From positions 2,145,502-2,209,501 of the forward strand of contig MU058059.1 of NCBI GenBank assembly GCA_013265495.1: 64,000 bases of DNA. The letters run 5' to 3'. Source of the DNA: Vicugna vicugna (taxonomy: Eukaryota). Positions 25,561-38,789 of this stretch are shown piece after piece. Under the pieces are notes generated by a model. It searched no databases. It was not told the origin of the DNA and saw nothing but the letters and a program-made list of their open reading frames with translations. The stretch's first letter is position 1. Every line of letters starts with the position of its first letter. The position numbers were made by a program, and so were the translations under genes.

Positions 25561-27019
25561 ACTCCGTAAGCCCTCTGCAGACGGGGGCCCGACTCCAAGT
25601 TAATGGCGGGGCTGAGAGAAAACCCAGGGAAAGGGACCAGATCTCACCAACCTTCATGGCAGGAGAGCTCCTTCTCCGCATCCTGAACTTGATGAGATGG
25701 ACAATGTCATCAGAACAAGAGGCATGGACAGGAGGGCCCAGGACAGAGGGTGGTGACCCCAGTATCTCGGAGAGAGAATTCTGGCTTGGCTTCTTATCAG
25801 CTTATGTCAAAAGTTTTCATTTTGCTTCTCCTGGAAGAGAGAACAAATTTGTTTTCACTTCCACATGATTAATTTACCTATAGTGTATTTAAGAATAATC
25901 ATTCTAATTATCCAAGTATTTTGACACCAGATGATGGTGACCCTGAGTGGCTCAGCTCTCCTCTCTCTCTGCTTCCAATTCTATGAAACAAGGATGGATA
26001 AAAGGCTTTCTTATCAAAGTGCCTCAGTATTTAATGATGAGCACAACAAACAAACGCTGAGCTGCCTTTGTATCCAGCTTAAAAGGTCAGGCATTTTCCA
26101 GTGAAGGCTCCATTCACACTGAAAGGCCTAATCCAGATACAAGTTCTATATGGAATAGTTAAGAAGTCCTATCAGGGACCAACATTTTAACATTCACTAA
26201 TAACTAAATACTAACACCTGGCTGGGCATCTTTCTACAGTTTGTGGTCACTTCAACTCAGAAGATGCCTTGGTTATCCACAGAATGAACCTATATGGGCC
26301 CATCCTCCTTTCCAGGCTGAGTAGTAGATGTGGCTGGAGTGGAGGGAGGATGGACCAGACAATGCCCCTTACTTTAGTGTTTGGGAATCAGATCATCTCA
26401 GCTTGAAGATGTGAGGCTCTGTGGGCAGCCCATCCTTGCCCTTCTGCCCCAGGGGTGCGAATGAATAGATGCGACCACATCCTTGAGGACAGAGGATGCT
26501 CAGCCAGGCTTGCCCTAGTCCTGGGTCCTGGCAGCTGCCTCCTACCCTATGAAGCCTCTGGCCAGCCTGCAGGATTGTTGGGCAAGCATCCCCAGAGGAG
26601 CTATAATTCAAGCATTTTTATATTTTTCAGCTCTCTTGGGATCCTCCCCACCATATTTAGACTTTGGTTTTCATAACTCATTCCATGTGAATGTAAGTGA
26701 TTGCCTGGATTTTGGTCTAAGATTACAGTTGCTATTTATAAATCTCATCGATCCATTATTGTTTGTAAAAATATATATACATAGCTTGTTTAGATACATT
26801 TATTTAACACTTGGGCTCCCTTGACATCTGTTCCTTTACCATCCTCTCCTGAACGTGAAGGAAGATGTCGTTTCCTGGGCTCCCCCTTTTTTTATTCTGG
26901 TCCAAAAGGAAACATAACTTTGTTCTAGTTGACCAGCTACTAGCCACTTGGGACTGCTGATGTAATTTCCTGTCCCCTCATCAGCCTCCCACCTCCCACC
27001 TTGGCTTAACAGTGGCTCT

Positions 27020-27173
27020 TTTGTTTGTTCGGTTTTCGTTTTGTTTTGTTTTGGCAAGGGGGGCTGATTAGGTTTATTTATTTATTTACTTTTTTTAATG
27101 GAGATACTGGGGATGGAACCCAGGACCTTGTGCATGCTAAGCAAGTGTTCTACCACTGAGCTACACCCTCCCC
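27020..27173 (-). mobile_element. tRNA-Ala-derived SINE (camelid type)
   Basis: Reverse-complement homolog of the 3620 element; TSD acagtggctct (27009-27019) / acagcggctct (27177-27187). Confidence 0.9.
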
Positions 27174-27794
27174 ACTACAGCGGCTCTGTAAAGACAACTG
27201 TGTTGACAAACACGCCCTGGACTTTCCGTATGTTAGTGCTTTGTCAAGTCTGGCAAGTTTGCATAGCGTAAGGCGTGACTGAGGGATGAGCCAAAGTAAA
27301 CAAGAACAACAGGTCCTACGAGGGTCTTCTCAGAGGGTTTGCCATGCAAGGGCCCCCAGCAGACCAGGATAGCTCCTTCCCAGCAAACGGGTGGATCAAA
27401 AGGGGAATGATCAGAGTCTTAACAAAGACATTGAGCCAGAGTGTGGTGAAGTGTGAATCTTAGAAGCTCTGCTTATGTTCCAACTCCTCCGGGAGTCAGG
27501 TACAACGGCAAATTTTACTGCAGTAATGAAAAAAGCCATTGATTTACATGGTTCTGGAAATGCATCAAGCCAGATGAAAGAACACAAATGAAACAAGAGC
27601 TAACGTGCTCTCCGCCTAGCTCCTGCCTCCTCCTCCCCGCGTGGATGCGGCTTTGGGAGAAAATATGATCTGTGGTTGAGGCAGAGAGCAGGGCCAAGTG
27701 TCAGATGCTGCCTGGCCGTGCCCCGTGGAATCGTCCTGCTGGTCACCAATGTGGGCAGAGTGGCAGGGGGCAGGCCTCTTGCCCCCTCTAGCCA

Positions 27795-27870
27795 TCTTCA
27801 TCCTGGTCCTATTCAGCATTTTTGACAATGACTTGAATAAAGATGTAAAAGGCATGGAGAGTTTAAATTT
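27795..27870 (+). mobile_element. CR1/L3 reverse-transcriptase fragment, part 1
   Basis: Translates LVLFSIFDNDLNKDVKGMESLNF, resembling CR1 ORF2 PVLFNIFINDLDEGIEGMLIKF(ADD). Confidence 0.65.
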
Positions 27871-27874
27871 CTCT

Positions 27875-27905
<31 letters not shown>

Positions 27906-27938
27906 CCCCCCCCTTCGACCCCCCCCCCCCCCCCCGCC
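27871..27938. repeat. Poly-C tract (C27, C8 and C17 runs)
   Basis: Visible. Confidence 0.95.
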
Positions 27939-28420
27939 TGGCATCTGAACCTCCTTCTTCTGTTTGGAGACTTGCTTACATAACAAACCCTGACGGGAGG
28001 AGGGCTTACCTCCAACATCAGATCCTTAAAGTACCAGACGCCTGTGTTCCTAGCCTGCCTTGAAGCTAGGATATGGGGAGGTGAGCTCCGCCCAGCTGCT
28101 CCCACACCCTTAGCTTTGAACCAGAGGATGGGGGCTCAGAGAAGTGACTGGCAATCCTTGCTGGGTTTCTGGAAAGTGCTGTCACATCACAGGGCCTGTG
28201 TCTGCAATTCAGGGCCAGAGGCCCAGCAGACTGCACCATCCAGGCACACAGGACAGCATCATCCTCCCATTGAGGTTTCTAGACTTTTCCTTGCATGGTC
28301 CACGGTTCTGTAGTCTTCCCAGTGAACTTCTGGGCCACCCCAAATCTCTGTAATCAATTACTTCTCCGCTCACATCAGCTGGACTTGATTTTGCTGCATG
28401 TGACTAAGAACAATAACCGG
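27939..28420 (+). mobile_element. ERVL LTR (LTR33/LTR16-like)
   Basis: ttcctagcctgccttgaagctagg motif and 3' end ...gattttgctgcatgtgactaagaac. Confidence 0.55.
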
Positions 28421-28440
28421 TGGCATCCTTTCCAATTCTG

Positions 28441-28560
28441 CAATCGACTGGATGACAGAATCGAGATGAAAAATGTCATCAGAACTGCACCCTAATAAGA
28501 TGATACCAAACAGGGAGAAAACTGTACGAGGCTAACGTTAGGCTCAAGAGCCAACTCTGT
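28441..28560 (+). mobile_element. CR1/L3 fragment, part 2
   Basis: NRLDDRIEMKN resembles L3 NTLDDRIRIQK; aataagatgataccaaacagggagaaaactgta...ttaggctcaag continues the L3 consensus. Confidence 0.65.
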
Positions 28561-29189
28561 GAGATCAGACTTGAGCTGGAGACACTTCTCCACCTGAAGT
28601 TAGACAACACAGACACTTTTAAGAAACAAAGGGACCCCCCCCCACTAGGGGTTGATGTAAATTTTTTTTTTTACCACATTGCTAGTCAAATATAAAGAAA
28701 CATAAATTAGGTATAAACTTCTTATGATCATGGCTCGTTTACAGTTACAAAACCAAAACAAATTCACAAATTAATTACCAGTAGAACTACAAAAGCAATA
28801 ACATTCAAATTAACATCATTAATTTAATGTGAGAGATGATGATGTTTTGCTGAAACTAGATCATTGCTCACGGCACGGCTCTGCACCAACTGCTGAGGCA
28901 TGGAGGGTGTCTAAGCAGGCAGCCTGTCTGCAGCCCCTAAGCTAGGAACCCACTGAGCCCCAGGTGCCCTCACATCCATCACACTCCAACTTCCTCCAGA
29001 TTTTCCAACAGAGTGTTCTCTCCGGATATCAGGGCTTCTGTCCTACTGCTCTTACACTGAAATTTCTTCTCCCCTCAAATTCTCCTTAACTGAGCCCTAA
29101 CACCCTGGGATTGAACTTGTTGGCCCAGCATGAATTCAATATTGACCCCTAGTCAAACCAACTGAGGCCAGGAGGCAAGATAGTGCTAA

Positions 29190-29635
29190 TGTCACCAAGT
29201 CCAAACTCTTACTGCTCATCACATGATAGGTCAATAAATTGGGAGATGAGGTTTTAGGGCAAGAAATAATGACTTTATTTGGAAAGCCAGGAGACTGAGA
29301 AGATGGGGACTAATGTCCTAGAGAATCATCTTCCCCAAGTCAGAATTCAGGCTCCTTTTATACTAAAAAGGGGAGGGGGTGTGGTTGGTTGTTGCCAGCT
29401 TCTTGGTGTCGGAATCCTTTGTTCCTGCAGCTGTCCACCTAGGTCAGGTTATGATGTTCCTATAAATCTCCAACAAGACAAATGTTATTTTCAATTCTAA
29501 AATTCTTAATCTCTCTATGAATGGGTAAGTGTTATACCCTTAAAGGTCAGACCGTTGAGAATAGGCTATCCTGTCTATTTTAGGCTATAGGCAACATTCT
29601 TTTATAAAAGGTGCAGAACCAGCATGACTCGGCAC
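29190..29635 (-). mobile_element. Second MER41-like solo LTR, truncated at its 5' end
   Basis: Aligns by eye to about 18043-18488; its ORF shares TNVLENHL.QVR.QAPFILKRG with the first copy. Confidence 0.8.
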
Positions 29636-29689
29636 ATTTGGGAGAATATTTGGAAAGAAAGTTGGAAAAGAATTTAATACCATGGTGTG

Positions 29690-30310
29690 AAGTCCACTGA
29701 AAGTCAAGCTACAGATTTTGTACTTATATTAAAAGCAATAGAGAGTAATTTGGCTTTTCAAATATTAGACTGGAGTGGGGGGAGGGGTGGTACCAACTGA
29801 CATCACTGACAGGGTAGATTTGAGAGCAGATGGAGGAGAAGTTGGGACACCTGTCTCCAGGCAGAAGATGCATTGGGTTGTGGTGATGAACAGGAAAAGG
29901 AAAGGCCCTGTGAAGAATTTACAGAAATTAGTGATGGAGTAGATGCAGAAAGCAAAGGAAAAGGATGGCTAGAAAGTCATTTACTCATTCATTTATTCAT
30001 TTATCAAATATATATCAAGTACCCAGCACATGCCAGGCACTATTTGAGGCTCCTGAACATAGCTGTGAACAAAACCAAGTCCCTGCTCTCATGGAATTTA
30101 AATACCAGTCATCAGGGATGCAGATGTTAAGCAAATAAGGCACCAGAAGTTATGTCAGGGAAAGGGAAAAGAGCTGGGTTGGGGAAAAAGAAAGAGAAAG
30201 GCTGAGGGGTGGGCCAAAGGCCTCACTGATAAGGGTATAGTTGAGCAGAATTTGAATAAAGTAAGGAAGCAAACCATGTGAATGTCTTGGGAGGAGTATT
30301 TAGGAAAGAA
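29690..30310 (-). mobile_element. L2 fragments
   Basis: cattcatttattcatttatcaaata...tgccaggcact...aaccaagtccctgctctcatgga. Confidence 0.7.
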
Positions 30311-33300
30311 TACATAGACCACCTAGTTTTCTTTAGGTAATTATTTCTTTGAATGGATATTTCATGCATATGGTGGAAAAGTCAAAAGGTACAAAGGGTG
30401 CACACTGGAAATCGAGTCTCCCTCCCTCCTGGGACCTCCCAGTTCCCCCAGTGGAGGCAACCAATACGGACGAATGAATCAATGCGTGAATGAGTGAATG
30501 GACTCACACGTACATTTTTGTGTGTGTGCTGGCAGTACTTTTCTAATGGAATTTTTAAAAACTATATTCATTTCCTCATTAAAGAAGAGGCAGAGGAAAA
30601 AGAGAAGGGGAGGAGAGGGAGACAGTATCCAACCAGCTCTTTCCCCTTCCTGGCTCCTGGCTCCTTCCTCTTCCTGGAGTCTTTGAGAAATGTAGGAGTG
30701 ATGCCTGGCACACCCTAAAAAGGGGTGGAGGCTCACTGTAGCCAGAGCTTCTTCTGGGGGAGATGGCTGGACAAAGCCCTCCCCCAAATCTCTCTGCAGA
30801 CAGGATTTCCGGCTGGCCTAGCTGGTGAAGCCCTCCCCTGAAAGTCACAAGGTTCTGAATCAGTTGTTCTTTTATTCACCCATCATATGGAGCTTGCTTT
30901 CTTATCGTAAAAGGAATAGATGCTCATTCATTTAAAAAAGGCAGAAAGCATCTAAGTATGAAAGATAAAAATAAAGTGTTAAATAGTTGTGAGTCTACCA
31001 TTTACCTAATGGCTTAATTCGTAAATATTAATATGGCTACTGAGCTAATAATTGAAAATAAGCTAAAGCAAATTAAACAGGAAAGTTCGTATCACAGCTA
31101 AAAATCACAACACAAAAAGGGGGGAGTTGAGATGTCTCAAATGAACAGCTGTTATTTTCAGTAGTTTCTAACATTATGTAATAAGCAGGATTTCAATATG
31201 ATATTCAGATTAACTTGGGTTATTGTTACTGTAGATTTTCTTGACCAGGATGTAAGCATCTGGGAGTGATGAATATATTCCTTGAGGGATGAATTTTAAA
31301 GCAAATCAGCTCTGCCCGCTAATCCATCATGTGTGAGGACTAGTCTGGATGTTTAATTGCTGACATCTTGGTTTGCTACTCTCGTTGCAGAAGTCGTGCT
31401 TGGTGTTTGCTCCTCATTCCTTCGTCTGACTCCCTTTTCATTCAGAATCAGAAACAAAGATGGTCACTTCACAGAGAAAAAGATAGCCATGAAGTACAAC
31501 CACAGGAATACAGAGCCTACTTCAAAATTGTGATTAAGTGAAGCTAGGGCCTGATTTTCCAAACAATTCTGTTTTCTTTTACTCTTAGTATAAATTACTA
31601 GCTTAATCAAGATAAAATGTTTAAAATATTTATAATAACAAGCATGCCTTACATAGTTTTTGGAGTCAGATAATTCTTATTTATTCATTAAAACAACTTT
31701 TTTTAATCCTCATTTATGTTATGTGTTATATTTATCTTAAGGTTTTAAATTCATTTAAAGTGAAATGGTTTTTTTCTCCCAACAAGTCCCAAATAGGGAG
31801 ATTTTGGTGTATTAAGTTTTCCAGGAATTTGCCTTTTTTTCTCTTTGCAGTTTATATTTTTAATTACATAAAGAGATTTGTGTCCATTATAGAAAAAAAT
31901 GGGAAATATAGCTAAGTTTTAAAACATTTAAAAGATTTGAAGGTCTGAACTTGAACCATAGGTGAATAATCAAGTGAAGATATTTATAAGAGATGTTGCA
32001 ATCAGATTTGAGCTAATTCTCCAGGAACACACAAATTTATCACCCATCTTGATTTTATTTAAAAGTGACTGCATGTTGACCATGACACTCAAAGTTGCTG
32101 TTAGTTTTTCTCTACTAACCAAATAGAAACAATATTGACGAATTCAACCCACAGATGAACTATATCTAACTAGGCAGAAACAAGTGCTTTTTAACTGCAT
32201 TTGTAAAATATCCAAAGGAAAAACTCCCAGTTTGCCTGAATAATCTGTTACTAACTTTCCTTTCTACTCTTAATAGCTCTACCACGGCGAAGCTTTTCAC
32301 TACAGTTAATTCAAATCTCTTAAGCCATAAGGTAACCTCATTTCTTCTCATGGGATCACTTGTGTTTGAATGTACTGCCTGGGACACTCACTTCTCTCTA
32401 GGCATATGTCTTGATTTCTAGGCTGTCTGGGCTTTTCCTTGACTATAATGCACGTGTGCTTATTTGGGACAGGGACAACCGTGTGAGTTGTGTACCTGAA
32501 ACACACAATCACAAATTCTACCTTCAAACTTGATTTCTAAAGTGGTTCTGACCGGTTGGGCCACTTTTTTGGTAAAAAGGCATAAAACCTTGGGAAAATT
32601 ACACAAAAAATGGCAAGCAAATTCTTACTGTAAAAGATTCAGAATAAGAAGTATGCGGAGTACAACACTAATACCTACTCTTGCCGAGCTCCCCACCGAC
32701 TTCACATCAAACCCTTTCACTGTCTACACTTTGACAGTCAGCCTGTTTTGATTTCTTTCCCTCAAGAGTCAATTTAGTCTTATTTTCTTTGTGTAAAAAT
32801 AGAAGAAATACATATTCACAGACTCAAAATACAGTTAATTATCAATAGAAAAAAAAGTCTCAGGTTTTCTTATAGAGGCTGGATACGCAGATCTCGTAGC
32901 TGCTACTTGTCCGAAGCATCTGAGTCATACTAATGGTCCATTGGATTCACTGTCCAGCCTCTGGTAATCCACCAGGACTCAATCAGGCAGAAGGGCTTGA
33001 TGGACATTCGTAGAAAATCATCACTGTATCCCCCAACGAAAAGCTTCAATGACCCATCACAGACCTCTTACATTTAAACGGTCTTTCATGGCATTAAAGG
33101 ACCCACTAACTAGCTGAATCACTTTGGGAACCTTGTTTTCATGAATAAATTGGGTAATTCAAATTATACCATGTTTAAATTTCCTCCCTACTTCTAAATT
33201 CTTTTATATTCCTTATTTTCTTCAAACAAAAGTCTGAACGTAAGATAATGATATTAGCAAGAATATTTAAAAAAGACATAACAAGTATTTTCCACTGGGG

Positions 33301-33579
33301 AATTTTTCTCCTTGTTTTCCTATCTAAAATGTTGGTTGAGAGACCTTGACATTCACATCCTAGAAAGATTCCTATCCTGGGATCGGAGGGAACTAAGTGT
33401 CTATACTGAACTTATAAAGTCCCTGGCAGGGCAATTTTTCAAAAATCAAGGTTCATAGATGAACCCAGGCCATAAAGGAGACAGAAAATCACATTAAAAA
33501 AAAAGAAATAGACTGGGTATCAGAGTGGGGGAAGAAAGATAGTGTCATGGGGCAGACAGTGTAAGGCATTTTAAGTTCC

Positions 33580-34096
33580 ATATTAGTTGTCTTTTGCTGG
33601 GTAACAGTCTGCCCCAAAGTTAGCTGCTTAAAAAACAATAAATATTTATTGTCTTATACTCATTCTGAGGGTCGGGGGGCCATGACTGACTTGGCTGGGT
33701 ATTCTGGCTCAGAGTATTGTGAGGTTGCAACCAAGCTGTTGGCTGGGGCTGCAGTTTCTGAGTCCTTGTCAAGGGCTGGGGCATCCGCTGTCGGGCTCAC
33801 TCACGTGACACTGGACAGAGGCTTTGCTCCATGCAGGCTTCCTTGCAGAGTTGACTACAGCATCACTTCCTTAAGCCAAGGAATCTCCAGGTGAGAGGGC
33901 AAGAAAGAGGTCAAAATGAAGCCACAGAGTCTTTTATAATGAAATCTCAGAAATGGATACCATCACATCCACTTTGTTCTCCTTTTCACAAACACCAACC
34001 CTAGTGCCATGTGAAAGGGGAGCACACAGGTGTGCAGATGCCAGCATCACCAGGGGAATGGCTGTATCACTGGGGACATCTTAAAGGCACGCTACT
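33580..34096 (-). mobile_element. MaLR MLT1-type LTR
   Basis: tattagtt...gtaacagtctgccccaaagttagctgcttaaaa...tcactggggacatcttaaaggc. Confidence 0.75.
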
Positions 34097-34311
34097 TGGC
34101 TAGTATGAGTCCCACGTTGCAGCCCCTCAGTTTGAGGGTGGATTTTCGGCGTCAAGGGAAGGAAAATTCAGTGCAGGCTTTTAACATGAACAGAAGCTTT
34201 ATAGAGTACGAGGAGCTAAAGTCTGACACAAAGTTCACTGATGCTAGCGGGGGCCAGCAAACAGAGAGGAGGTCGGCAAGATTATCTGCATAAAAGAAGT
34301 TAACAGAATAG

Positions 34312-34621
34312 GGCAGTTGTCCAACTTGTCCTGGAAAGGGCCAGATCATGAAGCTCTCAGGCATTGTGGGCCCTAGTTCTCTGTTGCAATGAATTGATTC
34401 TCTTATCATAGTCTGAATGTGGCCATTGACAGTATACACAGGGATAAGAATGAATGTGTACCACAAAAGTTTACTTGTGGATATCAACATTTGCACTTTA
34501 AATACTTCTCATGCATCACAAAATATTATTTTCTTGACTTTTCAAAAACCATTTAAAAATGTAAATTGTTCTTAGCTCACGTGTTATGCAATAACTATGG
34601 CGCATAGTTGGCAGATTCCTG
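34312..34621. mobile_element. MER58B-like DNA transposon
   Basis: aagggccagat...catcacaaaatattatt...ttcttagctcac...catagttggcagattcctg. Confidence 0.7.
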
Positions 34622-36015
34622 AGGTAGGAGGAACATGATGGCTGAAGTGAAGTCAAGACTTGATTGAAATCGGAGTAGTGTAGCAAAGGGCTGTTTTCCA
34701 AGGTAAGTTTTCATCTTAATAATCAGTGAATCCCTAATGCTCCTCATCAAATAATCAAACCCCCAAATACAAAAGATCCCCTAAAAATGTTTATAAATAG
34801 CTATAAGCTCTGATGTCTTAGTTAATTGGAGGAAATGGAAGCAGACCAGGCACAGAGTGACCAAGATTTAATTAAAAGTGTATATATCATCTTTTAACAA
34901 AAATCCAAAAGTCCTTTTTCCTAACAATTTCTATGTAAATACTTCATTTGATCATATTTACTTGTTGAGAATCCTTTTCCTATCTTTTCATAAAAGAATG
35001 GAAAAACAATTTGACATAGAATTAAGAGGAGGTATACAATTTAAGCCGATTTAGTTCACCAGGGTGAGCAAAGACAGCTGTAGGAATTTGAGATTAGGAA
35101 TTAATCTTTAAAGGGCTGAACTTTTGGGACCAATGTGACTCCCAAACAACAGGCACTGAATTCATGAACCATCCTTGGTAAAATTCTAAGTAACAGAACG
35201 ACAGAACCAGGCACTGAATGTTATCAAGTGTGTTATGTATATGTCTCTGGAGAAAGTTAGTGCTGATGTCTGAACTCTTGCTCTTTTGAATCTGATTTCA
35301 TCCTTTAAAATGAGGACAAATTATTTTGCGTATTATGTGTGTTTTCCAAATTGGAAAAAAATGGAATCAGTCTGTTTCCTTTCATGATTACTTAGATTTC
35401 ATTTCAAGAGCAGGCAGAATGCAGGTCCCTTTAATACAATAAAAGGACAAAAAGCCATCCACTCGGCAGTGTCTTCCTAACTACCGGTGGCCTCAAAGGA
35501 CAGCCCTCTGAGCTATTCCCAGGGTCACGCAACTGAGAAGTGTCCTAAACTGGCCAGATCACCACACAACCACGCGGTCCATTTCTCAGTCTCATGCCTT
35601 CCCTCCAGGCTCACTCGTTCAGCCATTCAGACATGCATGGCTGAGTTTCCCAGCCCTGGACCTTGTACAAGAGAACTTCTATCCAGTGCATACATGACCT
35701 AATCCCACAAGGCTACCTCTAACAGAAAACAATGGTTTTCTTCCATTGTGCAGTCAGAGAAACTCAATCCATCAGTTTCCCCTGACGTTTATAATAATAA
35801 AATACAGTGCCTTTTTCATTGACTCTGTCTTTGATGTAGCAGCCAAAGCTAAAAACAGCCTAACAGCACATTCTTATACTGATTAATAAATGAACCTAAT
35901 ATTTGTTCTACATAAGTAGTTGCTAAGTAATAAGTCTATATTACTAAATTAGAAAAAAAAATAGTATTTTAATGACCCCAAACAGGGTGTTGGGTAACAA
36001 GGGAAACACATTTCT

Positions 36016-36322
36016 TTCTTCATCTTTGTTTTTCAATTGACATATAGTTGGTTTACAATATTGTGTTAGTTTCTAGTGTACAGCCTTGTGATTCAGTTAT
36101 ACATTTATATTCCTTTTCATATTCTTTTTCATTATAGGCTACTACAAAGTATTGAATATAGTCCCTTGTGCTCTACACTAGGACCCTGCTGTTTATCTAT
36201 TTTATATATAGTAAATCGCAGACTCCCAATGTATCCCTCCACTCCCCCCATTCCACCCTGGTAACCCTAAGTTTGTTTTCTATGTCTGTGAATCTGCTTC
36301 TGTTATGTAAGTAAGTTCATTT
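36016..36322 (-). mobile_element. Artiodactyl-type L1 3' end, heavily 5'-truncated
   Basis: TSD agggaaacacatttct (36000-36015) / agggaaactcatttct (36323-36338). Confidence 0.9.
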
Positions 36323-36932
36323 AGGGAAACTCATTTCTAACAGCTGTATAGCATTCTTAGTTCAGAGAATCCATGGTCGTATGTGAACAATGGGACTGCC
36401 TGGATGTGATGCCCAAGGCTGTTCTCGCTTTTCTCATCCAGGAACCCAACGTGACATCTCAAAGACGAGAAAAAGTGCCAAGCTAGAATAGAGGCTTCTG
36501 TTCATAAACTGTACAGCCACCGTCAGATATCAGGAGTTGTTTTGTTGCGGAGACTACTGGAATGCCCTCGCGATATCTCCTGATTCTTTCCTGATTTCAT
36601 TTGGTTAGAAGATACACTGCCCTATGAGCCACTGCTGTCATTCTTAGGGGCGTGATTAGTTAGAAAGGAAAGGAATGTGTTCTTTGAAGGACAAATCGTA
36701 AGAAGGGACATTCCGTGGCTTGAAGAACTAACAGTACTTTAGAGATCTAATAAAGGTGGGCATCTGTTATGGCGTCTGAGCTGGGGTGAAGTGTGGCAGA
36801 CGGCCTCTCTGTGTCATTGCTTTATGTAACATGCTCCATTTTCCCACTCAAGCCTGCGAGGCCATTTACCAAACATCTTCCATCTCAGTCCTCTTTCTGC
36901 TATTCATCTCAAGATATTTTTAAATTTCCTCT

Positions 36933-37058
36933 GTAATAAACTATAATGAAAAATAATATATATATATGCATAACTGAATCTCTTTGCTGTACACCAGAAA
37001 CCAACACAACATTGCAAATCAACTAAACTTCAGTAAAAAAAAATTAAAAAAAAAAAAA
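36933..37058 (+). mobile_element. L1 3' tail fragment
   Basis: ataactgaatctctttgctgtacaccagaaaccaacacaacattg plus poly-A. Confidence 0.85.
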
Positions 37059-37619
37059 GAGTTTCGATCCGCTTTCCGCCACACTCTGACTTCTGGAAAA
37101 TTAGGTCTATTAATACTTTTGGACCTTTGTCAAAATGATAGTCTGAACTGATTTAATAAGAAAGAACACATATAATTTAAAAAGATTTCTTTTCCCTGTG
37201 TGATATATTTATCCATACTCATAACCAAATAAGCAGATGAAAGAATGTAATTCTTAAGTGAGGAAAGAAACACTTTCACCATTAGCAAAAAAGAGATATA
37301 AAGGGTTAGCACCTAATTGTGTATCAGAGAGACTTACACAATCTTATTTTTTGTCTTGAGGGAGCTGCCCCTTCTGAGTGGAAATCATGTAAATGAAACA
37401 GGAACTTCAGAATAAAAGCAATAAATCAATGCATGAATATGCAGTGCCTTATTTACATCAAATTGAAGTAAAAAATGATTTAAAGATAGGGATTATGAAG
37501 AAAAGTTTTTCAGAGTAGGACTAGTGAGGTTGAGGGTACAATTTCAATTCAAGTCAGGAGGGAGAAGTTTTAAACTCTTTCTAATCAATACAGAATTTTC
37601 CCTATGTGCCTAAACTAAC

Positions 37620-38090
37620 AAGCCACATGCAAAAGAATGAAACTGGACCACTTAATGCCAGACAAAGAAATGAACTCAAAATGGATTAAAGACTTGAACT
37701 AAGACCTGCAACCATAAAACTCCTAGAAGAAAACATAGAGGGTAAGCTCCCTGACATCAGTCTTGGCAATGAGTTTTTAGATTTGACACCAAAGTCAAAG
37801 ACAACAAAAGCTACATCAAACTAAAAAGCTTCTGCACAGCAAAGGAAACCATCAACAAAAGGAAAAAAATCCACCTACCAAATGGGAGAAAATATTTGTA
37901 AATCATATATCTGATAAGGGGCTAATATTCAAAATATGTAAAGAATTATACAACCTAATAGCCAAAAAGGAAAAATGATCCAATTTTAAAATGAGCAGAA
38001 GAACAGAATAAATATTTTTTCCAAGAAGACATACAAATGGCCAACAGGTACATGAAAAGATGCTCAACATCACTAACCATCGGGGAAACG
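37620..38090 (+). mobile_element. L1 ORF2 internal fragment
   Basis: cacatgcaaaagaatgaaactggacc...tcaaaatggattaaagac...aagatgctcaacatcactaa. Confidence 0.85.
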
Positions 38091-38789
38091 TAGCCTCTTT
38101 GCTGTGATGATAAAAGATGAATCAGGCACCTTCCCATCATGAGACCTTTGCATTTGCTGTGTTCCCTCAGCTTAGGATGTTCCCCAAGATACACACCTGG
38201 ATTTTTGCCCTCATCCACTTCCTGTTTTTACATGAAAACCATCTTGGTCGGCCTTCCCTGGCCACCTTATCTAATATTTCACATCCCTCCCTCACTTCCT
38301 AGCTTCCTTCTGTGCTTTATTTTTCCCTCCTTAGAATGTATCATTCTCTAATTTCCTATTTATTTTCATTAGTTATCTTGCTGTTTTTTCTCTCCACCAG
38401 GACAGGGTTTTTTTTGTCAGGTTTGCTGTATCGTGTCTGTCGTGAATCCAGTCCATGTGGGTGAGTGATGCTTTTCTGCCACACTGAATTGTTCTGCAGA
38501 AGATACTGATTTAGAGGATATTTGGGTTTAGCCAGGGTCGGAGTAGGATAAGGAGGTGGGGCAAGGGCTTTGTGTGTTTTCTGGGGAATATTTCTAGTGC
38601 TAGATCATGCAGCCTAGGAGAGAAGGGAGGGCATGAAGGAAGCAATGTGTGATCTGAGATCTCTTTAAGTTCGGGGTACTCCTGAAGTGAGCTTACTAGA
38701 TGTTCTGGAGAACAGGAGGGGATGGTAGCACAGGAGATGTTTGAAACTGAGATGCAGGGAACATCAGAATGGGGATCAGAAAACACCAC

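Noticed and set aside
27698..28105. Poly-Pro (+) and poly-Gly (-) ORFs as proteins
   Set aside because: Produced by the poly-C tract joined to L3 and LTR fragments.
28374..28492. Minus-strand exon GCSSDDIFHLDSVIQSIAELERMPP...
   Set aside because: It is antisense L3/LTR sequence, and its end phase does not join the next candidate exon at 23143.
18043..29635. Full provirus bounded by two LTRs
   Set aside because: The interval holds L2, L1, MIR and SINE pieces, no gag/pol/env; the LTRs are visibly diverged and the first has its own TSD inside a MIR.
32875..32967. Plus-strand terminal exon EAGYADLVAATCPKH...
   Set aside because: There is an acceptor and a short open frame, but no supporting upstream plus-strand exon chain.
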